From NCBI GenBank assembly GCA_038150265.1, contig JAYOTF010000023.1, positions 1-51,636 on the forward strand: 51,636 nucleotides of DNA. Reading direction: 5' to 3'. This DNA is from Deltaproteobacteria bacterium. GTDB lineage: Bacteria > SAR324 > NAC60-12. Both the position numbers and the translations under genes were made by a program. Each line of letters begins with the position of its first letter. Position 1 is the first letter of the stretch. The notes under the pieces are model-generated. The model made no database searches. It saw only the letters and a list, made by a program, of their open reading frames with translations, and was not told where the DNA came from. Of this stretch, positions 1 to 9,810 are shown piece by piece.

Positions 1-279
1 GAAATGGGAACAGCCGCGGTTGTGGATGAATTGACAGGAGTGATTGTGGCGACTCATGGTGCCGGAGGGGGGATTTCATACTCAGATGACTTAGGAGCAT
101 CTTGGACCCGGGCCTACGAAACTGGAGGACGCCAAGTCAATGGCATTGCATTGGGAGAGGAAGGGTACGTGGTTGTCGGAGAAGCCGGTGTTATCTATAC
201 CAGCAAGGATGGGAAAAATTGGTCTGAAAATGAAGATTTTACTCATGTAGGCTGGATGAACAATGTCTACTCTCTTTAA
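1..279 (+). CDS. C-terminal part of an Asp-box/BNR (Ycf48/sialidase-like) beta-propeller protein, truncated by the window edge
   Basis: Open frame from the edge to TAA at 279. Asp-box motifs SDDLGASW and TSKDGKNW. GC is visibly lower than in the rest of the window. Confidence 0.7.
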   Translation, partial: EMGTAAVVDELTGVIVATHGAGGGISYSDDLGASWTRAYETGGRQVNGIALGEEGYVVVGEAGVIYTSKDGKNWSENEDFTHVGWMNNVYSL

Positions 280-307
280 TGGTGGCTGTTCAGGTTGAGG
301 TGGCCAA

Positions 308-457
308 GTGATCGGCTACTTGAAGGGCTTGCACAGGCGCAGCGTGAGTTTGGGAGGCATGCGGTTTGAGGAGCTGTTCGCTGCACGCCGAGACGAGCCC
401 GTGTTTGCTTTGGCCAACGGCGAACAGACCCAGCACCTGCGTCAGACCTTCAAGAAG
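308..457 (+). pseudogene. Internal fragment of a tyrosine recombinase/site-specific integrase
   Basis: VIGYLKGLHRR...FEELFAARRDEPVFALANGEQTQHLRQTFKK resembles, from recall, the segment just before the RTLYSLRH box of a proteobacterial integrase family. The catalytic C-terminus is absent and the frame runs into unrelated sequence. Confidence 0.55.
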
Positions 458-489
458 TCCCCACCCCAGAGTCAAAGTCCTGGGGCAGG
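458..489 (-). terminator. Possible terminator hairpin downstream of the peroxiredoxin gene
   Basis: On the minus strand CCTGCCCCAG-N10-CTGGGGTGGG forms a 10-bp stem with G-U pairs, just after the prx stop. The U-tract is weak. Confidence 0.35.
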
Positions 490-500
490 TCTTGCTTCAC

Positions 501-1142
501 TCAGAGGGACGTCTTGCAGAAATAGAAATCCACGTAGTCGTAACCAGCAGACTCTCGGGCATCCGCGCCTTCCAGCGTCGCCGCCGGAGGCACAATCACC
601 TTCTCGCCCGGTTGCCAGGCTTCCGGAGTTGCAACTCCGTGAGCATCGGAGGTTTGCAGTGCCTTGACCAGGCGCAGGATCTCGTCAATCGAGCGGCCAT
701 TGCTCATCGGATAGTAGACCATTGCTCGCAGGATGCTGTTCGGATCGATGATGAAGGTCGCCCGCACTGCCGAGGTGTCCGCTGCTCCCGGATGAATCAT
801 CCCGTAGGCCTTGGCGACATCCATCTTCAGGTCGGCAATGATCGGGAATCGGACCTCTACGCCAAACTTCTCACGGATGTTGCGGATCCAGGCGATGTGG
901 CTGTGGTGGCTGTCAATCGAGAGTCCAAGCAATTCCGTGTTCAGTTGCTGAAACTCCTCGTGGCGCTTGGCAAAGGCCATGAACTCGGTGGTGCAAACGG
1001 GCGTGAAGTCCGCCGGATGCGAGAACAGTACGAGCCACTTACCCGCGTAGTCACTGAGTTGGCGATTGCCTGCCGTAGTCGGGGCGTTGAAATCCGGTGC
1101 CGTCTCATTCAGGCGTGGAAGGGCTTGGGTCGTTGTTTCCAT
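501..1142 (-). CDS. Peroxiredoxin, Prx6 subfamily
   Basis: FSHPADFTPVCTTE peroxidatic motif, VATPEAWQPGEKV C-terminal region, AGGAGA RBS. Confidence 0.95.
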   Translation of the reverse strand: METTTQALPRLNETAPDFNAPTTAGNRQLSDYAGKWLVLFSHPADFTPVCTTEFMAFAKRHEEFQQLNTELLGLSIDSHHSHIAWIRNIREKFGVEVRFPIIADLKMDVAKAYGMIHPGAADTSAVRATFIIDPNSILRAMVYYPMSNGRSIDEILRLVKALQTSDAHGVATPEAWQPGEKVIVPPAATLEGADARESAGYDYVDFYFCKTSL

Positions 1143-1177
1143 TATCGTTCTCCTGTGTGGATGATCTGTTGAACCTG

Positions 1178-1201
1178 TAATATTTATTTATTTAAATATT
1201 A
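1178..1201. promoter_or_regulatory. AT-rich perfect inverted repeat, candidate operator upstream of prx
   Basis: TAATATTTA-N6-TAAATATTA lies 36-59 nt upstream of the prx ATG. Confidence 0.5.
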
Positions 1202-1282
1202 TGATAATAAAATACATGCTCTGCAGCGGGTTGGGAAATTGTTATTTTCAATGACTTTGATTGTTGTGGCCAATCAGTGTGA

Positions 1283-1581
1283 GACCCTGAGTTTCAGCCT
1301 GTGAAGCGGAAGTGGGCTTGAGATGAGGCAGGTGAGGACAAGCGGGTTGAGGGGCGCAAGCGTGTGCGCGAATGGTGGCGAGTCGGTGAGTCAGGCACGG
1401 TGACGCCGACAAGATGCTACGGCACAAGCTGATCGAGTTCGAGCCCGGCAAGAAGGCAATTGGGCTGAAGTCAACTGCAGAGTGGGTGCCCGTGCTGGAG
1501 CAGGTCAAGCGTGCAGTGCTGAGTGGTGAACGGGGTCAGCAGTTGGCAGCACAGGCTGACTCCGCCAAGGCACAGGCATGA
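1283..1581 (+). pseudogene. Disrupted DUF6641-like gene (mobile-element-associated small protein)
   Basis: Reads DPEFQPVKRKWA*DEAGEDKRVEGRKRVREWWRVGESGTVTPTRCYG with an in-frame TGA at 1319-1321. After a 1-nt frameshift near 1423 it continues KLIEFEPGKKAIGLKSTAEWVPVLEQVKRAVLSGE...TGA 1581. The KRVxxWW...YGxKxIEFxxGKxAI...AVxxGE pattern matches DUF6641 as I recall it. Confidence 0.65.
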
Positions 1582-1584
1582 AAG

Positions 1585-2655
<1,071 letters not shown>

Positions 2656-4851
2656 TTACTCCTTCACCCGAAAGAGCCGGGCGTAGGGGAAGCGATTGAA
2701 GACCTCTTCAAAACGGCTGCGGTCGTACCGTCCCAACAGGAACATCTGGTTGAAGTTGGAGGCAAAGACATCCCTCTCCAGCAGATAGACATCAGAGAAT
2801 TGCTGGCGGTTGGCCATGAGGATTTGCAGGTAGTAGCCGTCTTGCCGCCCGTACCCCTTTTGCCCAACCACTTCGCCACTCATGATCTGCACAACCTCCT
2901 TCAGGGGAAAGCGTCCGTTGATGGTCCCCTGATTGAGGTCGATCTTGGCATTTTCGCAGTTGAGGATGTTGTTCTCAATGTTGGCGCACCGCAGGTGCTG
3001 GAAGCCCTTCACCTGATTGCCCCCTTTGGCAAGGTCCCACGACCCAATGGAAGACAGGGCGGAGTACTTACCAATCATGTCCGCGGTATAGAGGATGTAA
3101 ACCGGATCCGGAGGCACGGTTGTCGGACTCAGGACGGCCTGCATCAGGGCTTCTGGAGAGGTGTTGTTGTCTTCAAGGCCTCGGTTCCCCTGACTTCCCA
3201 GAAAGTGGATGATGTGCTGCATCTCCTCCTGACTGGTTCCAATGAAACTCTTGGCGACAAAGTAGGTTTTCGGGCTGAACTGACTCCCTCCGTCATGAAA
3301 GACTGCTCGCTGGGTGGCGTCAGTGAGCGCATAGCCAAAGTCCCACCAGGTGTAAAGCGCCGCATTTTCCGGGGTCCGCTTTCGCACCTCCTCAAAGGTA
3401 CTGTAGAGCGGCGTCGGAATGGAAGGTCCGGGTACAAAACGGATGGCGGTGTTGCCCATCAGCGCCAAGCAGATCCCCAGGGCCCCTCCATACAGCACAA
3501 CGTCCCGGAGTTCCGGACGCTGCCACCACGCGGGTGAGGAGGACTCGGAAGCATCGGCCAAGGTGTCTTTCCGGGCCTCCTTTCGGGCTTCTTTTTTCGT
3601 CTTTTTGGTGGTTTCTGAAGGGGGGCTTTTTTGGGTGAGCCCTTCCCACACGATCTGAATCCCAATCGTCAGCAAGAATCCGAGCCCGACCCCAAGGAAG
3701 GGAGCAAGGAACATGAGGAACCGCCGGGCGCTCTGGAAGCCCAACAGCCCCAGCAGCAACATGGGCAACAGCGGCACGGCCTGCTTCCAGCGAAACACGG
3801 CCAGCATCGCAAATGCCAACAGTCCGACCCACCCGAGGGTGCTGCTGTTGAGAATGCCGGGCAGCACATCGCCAAGCGGAATCCGCTCAGCCTCCGAAAT
3901 GGTGGTCATGACATTCGGAAAGGTGGCCGGAGTCGCAGAGGTGTTGTCCTGCACTGCGTAAGGATCCACCGCTTCAATTTTGAAGTACCGCCCCAGAAAG
4001 CTTTCGACCGATCCGGCACTGGACACAAAGGTGGCTGGGCCGGCAAAGAGGATGAAGAGGAGGCTGCTCAGGACAATCCAGCGCGGCGCCACCTTGTAGA
4101 GCGCCTGTGTGACAATGAGGACCCCGAAAAAGGCGAGGGTAAACCCGGGTTTGCCGTACCACCACTGGAAGGCCCAGAGCGTGATTCCGGCCAGCGTGGC
4201 AAACCCCAGGATGGCCTGAGGCGTGCGAGATCGGGCGCTCCAGTAAATCCACACGGCGGCCAGCGCCGGGAAGAAGAGGTTGAGCATGTCCGTGTCGATC
4301 CGGCCAATGGACGACCGCATCAGGTACTCGGCACAAAAGGTCCCGACAAATCCCCCGATCAGTCCCCCCGCTGGGACCCCCATCAGGTAAAAGTAGTACC
4401 CCAGCGGCAGAATGAAGAGGCTTGCCAGAATCGGAATGAGGAGGGTCCCGGTCAGGTAATAGTTCCCTCCAAAGACCGGCGCAAACTGGGCAATCAGCCA
4501 GCTGAGAAGCGGCGGGGTCGAGGCGTCACTCACCCCCGGTTCGGGCTCCTGAAAGGCTTCCGGAGGAGTCTTGAAGTCTGTTTGATAGTCGGGGTAGTAG
4601 CGCAGCTCATCCGTGCCGTAGATGCCCTCGTTGTACTCTCGAGCCCACCGGAGCCAGAAAGGCGCATCCAGCGTGGTCATCATGGGACGCTCGCCCACAA
4701 AGTAGGCGCCGGGGTTTTGCTTCCAGCTCTCAAACTGCTGAAACCGGACGGTCGCGGACCAGGCAAAGAGGCCAAACAGCGCAACTAAAAAGATCCAGAG
4801 GTTGGCACGTGGAGTCTGAAGGAAACGGGTCAGGCCGGAAGAGTGTTTCAT
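2656..4851 (-). CDS. pglB: STT3/PglB-family oligosaccharyltransferase (protein N-glycosylation)
   Basis: Multiple TM helices. TTLD, DTDML, TISE, WWDFG and HDGG motifs in PglB order. Confidence 0.88.
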   Translation of the reverse strand: MKHSSGLTRFLQTPRANLWIFLVALFGLFAWSATVRFQQFESWKQNPGAYFVGERPMMTTLDAPFWLRWAREYNEGIYGTDELRYYPDYQTDFKTPPEAFQEPEPGVSDASTPPLLSWLIAQFAPVFGGNYYLTGTLLIPILASLFILPLGYYFYLMGVPAGGLIGGFVGTFCAEYLMRSSIGRIDTDMLNLFFPALAAVWIYWSARSRTPQAILGFATLAGITLWAFQWWYGKPGFTLAFFGVLIVTQALYKVAPRWIVLSSLLFILFAGPATFVSSAGSVESFLGRYFKIEAVDPYAVQDNTSATPATFPNVMTTISEAERIPLGDVLPGILNSSTLGWVGLLAFAMLAVFRWKQAVPLLPMLLLGLLGFQSARRFLMFLAPFLGVGLGFLLTIGIQIVWEGLTQKSPPSETTKKTKKEARKEARKDTLADASESSSPAWWQRPELRDVVLYGGALGICLALMGNTAIRFVPGPSIPTPLYSTFEEVRKRTPENAALYTWWDFGYALTDATQRAVFHDGGSQFSPKTYFVAKSFIGTSQEEMQHIIHFLGSQGNRGLEDNNTSPEALMQAVLSPTTVPPDPVYILYTADMIGKYSALSSIGSWDLAKGGNQVKGFQHLRCANIENNILNCENAKIDLNQGTINGRFPLKEVVQIMSGEVVGQKGYGRQDGYYLQILMANRQQFSDVYLLERDVFASNFNQMFLLGRYDRSRFEEVFNRFPYARLFRVKE

Positions 4852-4996
4852 GAAGCGTGATTCCTTGGGCGTCAGGCTGGTCTGGGTGCGGGGATGCGTT
4901 TAAAAGGCACTACCTTAGCACTCCCGGACGCTCAGAGAAAGCCCGGAACCAGGTTTGAGAGGTAGAAGGGAAGGGGCGAGGGGGCCACGAAGGCAG

Positions 4997-5018
4997 GCGA
5001 CTCTCCGAAGAGAGCCGC
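4997..5018 (-). terminator. C(UUCG)G tetraloop hairpin after the RND adaptor gene
   Basis: Minus strand GCGGCTCTC-TTCG-GAGAGTCGC, 8 nt past the stop codon, followed by a pyrimidine-rich tract but no poly-U. Confidence 0.45.
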
Positions 5019-5026
5019 AGGAGGCG

Positions 5027-5782
5027 TTACTGGATGAGGTAGACCTTGGCGCTCATGCCCGCCCGGAGCTTTAATTCCGGGTTGGGAGCCTTGAGGTAGA
5101 CGGGGAAGCGACCGGTTTGCGCATTCGAGGCCCAGCTGATGCGATCCAGGTTGCCGCTGAAGGTCTCTCCGGGAGCGCTGGGTGTGGTGAAAACGACTTC
5201 CTGACCAATTTGCAGATTCGGGATGTCCTCTTCCTCCACCTCCACGACGACTTCCACTTCGTCAATGTTGATGATCTCAAACAGCACCGATCCGGACCCC
5301 ACCACTTCGCCGACCTCGACATTCCGGCGGTTGACGATGCCGCCAATCGTGGACTTGAGGTAGGTGTCTTCCAGCGCAATCTTGGCGTTTTCCAAAGCGA
5401 TGCTGCTGCGGTCGTACTGCAGCTTGATGGCATCCAGCTGCGACCGCGTCGAGGTGCCCTGGTTGAAGAGCGTTTCTTCGTCTCGCAAACGGCGCTCCAC
5501 GTCCTGGAGGCTTGTCTCCAGGTCCCGGACGCTGTTCTGAATGGAGTCATTCTTGATGGTCAGCAGCAGGTCACCCTTTTCGACCCGGTCGTTTTCCTGC
5601 ACTTCAATTGCAACCACACGACCTCCGCCAGTGGGCTGCACCCTCAGGGTCTCAGAGGGCTGAATCATACCGGGCAGAGAAATCTGGGTGCGCAGGCCTC
5701 CAGTTTGAGCCCAGGCGGCAGTCGGCATCCAGGCGGCGACCAGTCCGGTCAGCCCCAGGATGAGAAGAGAGGCACGTTTCAT
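5027..5782 (-). CDS. Efflux RND transporter periplasmic adaptor (MFP/HlyD family)
   Basis: Signal peptide, GRVVAIEVQENDRVEKGDLL lipoyl half-motif, helical hairpin, C-terminal LRAGMSA. Confidence 0.85.
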   Translation of the reverse strand: MKRASLLILGLTGLVAAWMPTAAWAQTGGLRTQISLPGMIQPSETLRVQPTGGGRVVAIEVQENDRVEKGDLLLTIKNDSIQNSVRDLETSLQDVERRLRDEETLFNQGTSTRSQLDAIKLQYDRSSIALENAKIALEDTYLKSTIGGIVNRRNVEVGEVVGSGSVLFEIINIDEVEVVVEVEEEDIPNLQIGQEVVFTTPSAPGETFSGNLDRISWASNAQTGRFPVYLKAPNPELKLRAGMSAKVYLIQ

Positions 5783-5810
5783 TGAAACTCCTTGCATCAA
5801 AGGTTGGGGG

Positions 5811-8800
5811 TCAAGGGGTCACTTCCGCCTGAGCCTCTGGTGAAGAGGCCGAGATCGGGTGACGCAGTAATTCCGTCAACAGAGCCTGAGCGGGATGCTT
5901 GGGACGAAAACCATCAAAGCGCTTCACCTGGCTGCGGCATGAAAACCCAGTGGCAACCACCTGAAGGCGAGCGGGACCAGTTGCGGGCATCAGCTTGCCC
6001 CAGCTTTGTTCGTAAATGATGCGGGACGTCTCAAGGTGCTCCGTTTCGTGGCCGTAGGTTCCGGCCATGCCGCAGCATCCAACTGTCCGGAGCGTCAACT
6101 CGGCTCCCATCAGCTGAAAGACGCGCTTCCACTGCTCCTGCGAGGCCAGGGCGCCTGTCTTTTCCATGCAATGCCCCAGCAACTCGAAGGTCACCTGCGA
6201 GGAAACCGGACGGGCGCGCAAGCGCTTGGGCTGCTGAAGCAACAGCTCCTGGGGCAGCAGCACCTCAAAATTCAGGCTCCGTTGCCCTAAAATCTTGGGA
6301 TACTCATCACGGTACGTCAGGACCACGCTTGGGTCAATGCCAAAGAGTGGAACCCCCGTGGCCGCATACGGCTCCAGAAACGCGACATTCCGGCGGGCGA
6401 CCTTGCGGAAGGCATCCAGAAAGCCCTTGACGTGCAGGGGCTTGCCGTTGGGGAGGAAGGGCAGGGCCCAGACGCGATACCCCAGTTGCTGCAACAGCGC
6501 GCAGGTGTCTGCCACGACGTGGGCTTCATAAAAAGACGTAAAGGCATCCTGCACCAGCACCACCGTCCGCTTCTTCTCTTCCGGACTCAAGCCCTGCAGG
6601 GGCGCTGGCGAGTCCAGCACCTCCACTCCCAGCTGGGCCAGAGCATCTGGAAGGGGCTCGGCACTCAGCTCCGGGACGTCGGTCAGGCCCACGATTTTGC
6701 TGAGGAGGAACTGATTCGGCCCCCAGGTCATGAAGGCGTTGGCCAGCCGGGGCACCCGTGTCATCCAGGCGCCTGTCCACTCGGTGGAGGCGATGACGTA
6801 ATCCTTGAGGGGACGCAGGTAACGGCTGTAGTAGAGCGAGAGGAACTTGGACCGGAACTCCGGAACATCGACATGAATCGGGCATTGAGTGGCACAGGCC
6901 TTACACGCCAGGCAACCGTTCATGGCGTCATGAACCTCATGTGAAAAATCCGGGACCCCTCGCCACTTTTGGACCGTGTTCCACCCCTTCAGGCTCCACG
7001 TCTTGAGAAACCCCGGGCTGGACGCCTCCGGATTCTGGGAAATTTGACGGAGCCACTCCCGCATCAGCCCTGCTCGGCCTTTGGGCGTGTGCCGTCGGTC
7101 TCGGGTGGCCTTCCACGAAGGGCACATCACCGAGCTGGGCGCATAGTTGAAGCACAGGCCGTTGCCGTTGCAGGTGACGGCAGACTCAAACTCCTTGCGC
7201 AACTCCGGAAGGATCTGCCGATCCTGCTCGCCCCGCATGGGCGCTTCCACCTTGACGGGTTCGGTGTCACTCCCGAGCGGGGTGACAATTTTTCCCGGAT
7301 TGAAGCGGTTCTGCGGATCAAATGCCGCCTTGATCCGGCGGAGCTCCTGGTACAGCTCAGGGCCAAAGAACTCCTCGGTGTATTCACTCCGGAAGCCGCG
7401 TCCGTGTTCGGCCCACATCACGCCACCGTACTTTCGGACCAGGGCCACCACCGCATCAGACAGCTCCCGGATCCACTTCTGCTCCTGCGGGTCCTTCAGG
7501 TTCAGGGCTGGGCGGACGTGCATGCAGCCCACATCCACATGGCCGAACATGGCATACTCAAGCCCGTAACCTTCCAGCAGGCTCCGGAACTCCCGGATGT
7601 ACGCCGCCAGGTTTTCCGGAGGAACGGCGGTGTCTTCAAGAAAGGGAATGGGCCGGCGCTCGCCCTTCATGTTGCCGAGCAGCCCCACCCCCTTCTTCCG
7701 GAGGTTCCACAAGGCGCTCATCTGCGAGCCCTGATGCGTCCGGAAGTAGCCGGTGGCCTGTCCGCTTTCAGCTCGATGCGTGTCAATGATCTCGCAGAGG
7801 CGATCCACTTTTTCTGCCACCGCTTCCGGAGTTGCCCCTGAAAACTCGACCAGGTTCACGGTGCGGGTGGGGCGTCCGGGCTCATCGGTCAGGAAGTCCG
7901 ACACCTGATGCCAGATCTCATCTTCACGGGCGAGGGTGAGGATCTTTTCGTCAATGGTTTCAATGGCAGTGGGGTCGGACTCCACCAGCACTTCGGCGGC
8001 GCTCAGGGCATCGTCAAACGACTCATACTTGATGACCAGCAGCTCCTTGGCTTTCGGCAGAGGCGTGAGGACCAGCTTGGCCTCAGTGACAATGGCCAGG
8101 GTGCCTTCCGAGCCCGCCAGCAGGTAGTTCAGGTCGAAGTTTCCATGGGAATTGTTCCGGACCTTCCCCAGGTTGTAGCCCGTCAGGAAGCGGCTCAGCT
8201 GCGGCAGGTCCTTCTGAATGACCTCCGCCTTCTCGGTCACGACCTGATCGACCGTCTGGTAGATGCGTCCGGACAGCCCGTCGGTGTGCTTCCGGGCCTC
8301 GAGTTCCTCCGGATTCAGCCGCGAAGACTCCAGCAGGGTTCCGTCAGAGAGCACACACTGCAGCTCAAGGACGTGGTCGCTGGTCCGGCCATAGACGCGG
8401 GAGCCCTTGCCGCAGGCATCGGTGTTGATCATGCCCCCCAGCGTTGCGCGGTTGCTGGGCGAGAGGTTCGGGGCAAAGAAGACTCCTTCCGGAAGCAGCT
8501 GCTCATTGAGCTGATCCAGGACGACTCCCGGTTGCACCCGGACCCAGCCGGCCTCCAGGTTCACTTCCAGGATCTCGTTCATGTGCCGCGAGCAGTCCAG
8601 CACCACGCCTTCGCTCAGCGACTGCCCGTTGGTGCCGGTGCCTCCGCCGCGAGCCGTGAGGGAGAGGTGCTGAAAACGCGCCTCTGCCGCCACCCGGAGG
8701 GTGAGCTGGATGTCCTGCGTGTGCCTGGGATAGAGAACCGCCTGCGGAAGAATCTGGTAGATGCTGTTGTCCGTTGCCGTGATCAGGCGTGTGCCAAAAT

Positions 8801-8900
8801 CGTCCTGCAGTTCGCCTGCAAAGCCAGACCGGCGGAGGGTCTCCAGGAATTCACGGGTGGTGCTACGGGCGGCAGGAGCCGAGGCAAGCTGAGGGATCAT
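5811..8900 (-). CDS. ydiJ: FAD- and Fe-S-binding oxidoreductase, D-2-hydroxyglutarate dehydrogenase YdiJ-like
   Basis: RGGGTGTNGQS FAD motif, GSEGTL, EHGRG, CNGNGLC, CLACKACATQCP and GCCGMAG motifs. About 1029 aa. Confidence 0.9.
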   Translation of the reverse strand: MIPQLASAPAARSTTREFLETLRRSGFAGELQDDFGTRLITATDNSIYQILPQAVLYPRHTQDIQLTLRVAAEARFQHLSLTARGGGTGTNGQSLSEGVVLDCSRHMNEILEVNLEAGWVRVQPGVVLDQLNEQLLPEGVFFAPNLSPSNRATLGGMINTDACGKGSRVYGRTSDHVLELQCVLSDGTLLESSRLNPEELEARKHTDGLSGRIYQTVDQVVTEKAEVIQKDLPQLSRFLTGYNLGKVRNNSHGNFDLNYLLAGSEGTLAIVTEAKLVLTPLPKAKELLVIKYESFDDALSAAEVLVESDPTAIETIDEKILTLAREDEIWHQVSDFLTDEPGRPTRTVNLVEFSGATPEAVAEKVDRLCEIIDTHRAESGQATGYFRTHQGSQMSALWNLRKKGVGLLGNMKGERRPIPFLEDTAVPPENLAAYIREFRSLLEGYGLEYAMFGHVDVGCMHVRPALNLKDPQEQKWIRELSDAVVALVRKYGGVMWAEHGRGFRSEYTEEFFGPELYQELRRIKAAFDPQNRFNPGKIVTPLGSDTEPVKVEAPMRGEQDRQILPELRKEFESAVTCNGNGLCFNYAPSSVMCPSWKATRDRRHTPKGRAGLMREWLRQISQNPEASSPGFLKTWSLKGWNTVQKWRGVPDFSHEVHDAMNGCLACKACATQCPIHVDVPEFRSKFLSLYYSRYLRPLKDYVIASTEWTGAWMTRVPRLANAFMTWGPNQFLLSKIVGLTDVPELSAEPLPDALAQLGVEVLDSPAPLQGLSPEEKKRTVVLVQDAFTSFYEAHVVADTCALLQQLGYRVWALPFLPNGKPLHVKGFLDAFRKVARRNVAFLEPYAATGVPLFGIDPSVVLTYRDEYPKILGQRSLNFEVLLPQELLLQQPKRLRARPVSSQVTFELLGHCMEKTGALASQEQWKRVFQLMGAELTLRTVGCCGMAGTYGHETEHLETSRIIYEQSWGKLMPATGPARLQVVATGFSCRSQVKRFDGFRPKHPAQALLTELLRHPISASSPEAQAEVTP

Positions 8901-9006
8901 AAACAAACGGGGAATCAGGAGTCGACCCTATCGAGCATAGGGCGGTGCCTCCCTGAGAACATCTCAGGGCTGTTGCGCTTTGTATCGTTTTGAATCTCGT
9001 AGGGCG

Positions 9007-9810
9007 TCAGTCGCGAAACTGAGGCGGGTGCTGCTGCGTCATCGCGTCCAGCGCTGCATCCAGGTCTTCTGAAAACAGCAGGGCGGCATTGCGCAACGCA
9101 ATGTGCCGGAGCCCCTCTGAGACCGAGTGATCGCGGGAGTAGACCAGCGACTCCTTGGTGCTGTGCATGGCCAGCGGCGACTTCTGGGCCAGCTGCTGCG
9201 CCCGCGCCAACGCGCCTGCATGCAGGGCTTCCGGATCCTCGAACAGGCGGTTGACCAGTCCCCAGCGTTCGGCTTCGGCTCCCGAGAACGGCTCGGCGCT
9301 GAAAGCCAGCTCCCGGACCCGTCCCTGCGGGAGGGTGTGCAGGAGCCGTTGCAGAGAGCCGATGTCGGCAGCAATGGCGAGGTCAATTTCCTTGATCTGG
9401 AAGCGGGCCTCCGGAGTCGCATAAACAAAGTCACAGGCGGCGACGAGGTCCAGTCCGGCTCCCACGCAGCCTCCTTGCACCGCCGCCAGGACGGGTTTCG
9501 GGCAGCGCTCAATCTCGGTGAAGGCGTGCTGCAGCTCAAGGATCTTCTGCAGCAGCCGTTCACGCTGGCGACCGGGGCAGGCTTCCTGACGCAAGGCTCC
9601 GATTTCAGCCAGGAGGGAAAAGTCAATGCCCGCGCAAAAGTGCTTGCCGGCTCCCGTCAGAACGCAGGCCCGGACTCGTGAATCGTGGGCCAGCTCCCGG
9701 AAGGTCTTTCCGATTTCAAACCAGAGGCTGCCGTTGAGGGCATTGGCCTTTTCCGGGCGGTTGAGGGTGACCCAGGCCACCTGTTCGCGTACGTCAACAG
9801 TCAGTTCCAT
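9007..9810 (-). CDS. Crotonase/enoyl-CoA hydratase family protein (delta3,5-delta2,4-dienoyl-CoA isomerase-like)
   Basis: LNRPEKANAL, FCAGID, GGCVGAG and IKEIDLAIAADIGSLQRL motifs. TGATG overlap with the upstream gene. Confidence 0.9.
   Translation of the reverse strand: MELTVDVREQVAWVTLNRPEKANALNGSLWFEIGKTFRELAHDSRVRACVLTGAGKHFCAGIDFSLLAEIGALRQEACPGRQRERLLQKILELQHAFTEIERCPKPVLAAVQGGCVGAGLDLVAACDFVYATPEARFQIKEIDLAIAADIGSLQRLLHTLPQGRVRELAFSAEPFSGAEAERWGLVNRLFEDPEALHAGALARAQQLAQKSPLAMHSTKESLVYSRDHSVSEGLRHIALRNAALLFSEDLDAALDAMTQQHPPQFRD

Noticed and set aside
1319..1321. In-frame TGA in the DUF6641-like gene as selenocysteine or readthrough
   Set aside because: The same gene has a frameshift and no recognisable start, and the site is not an expected Cys position, so decay is the simpler explanation.
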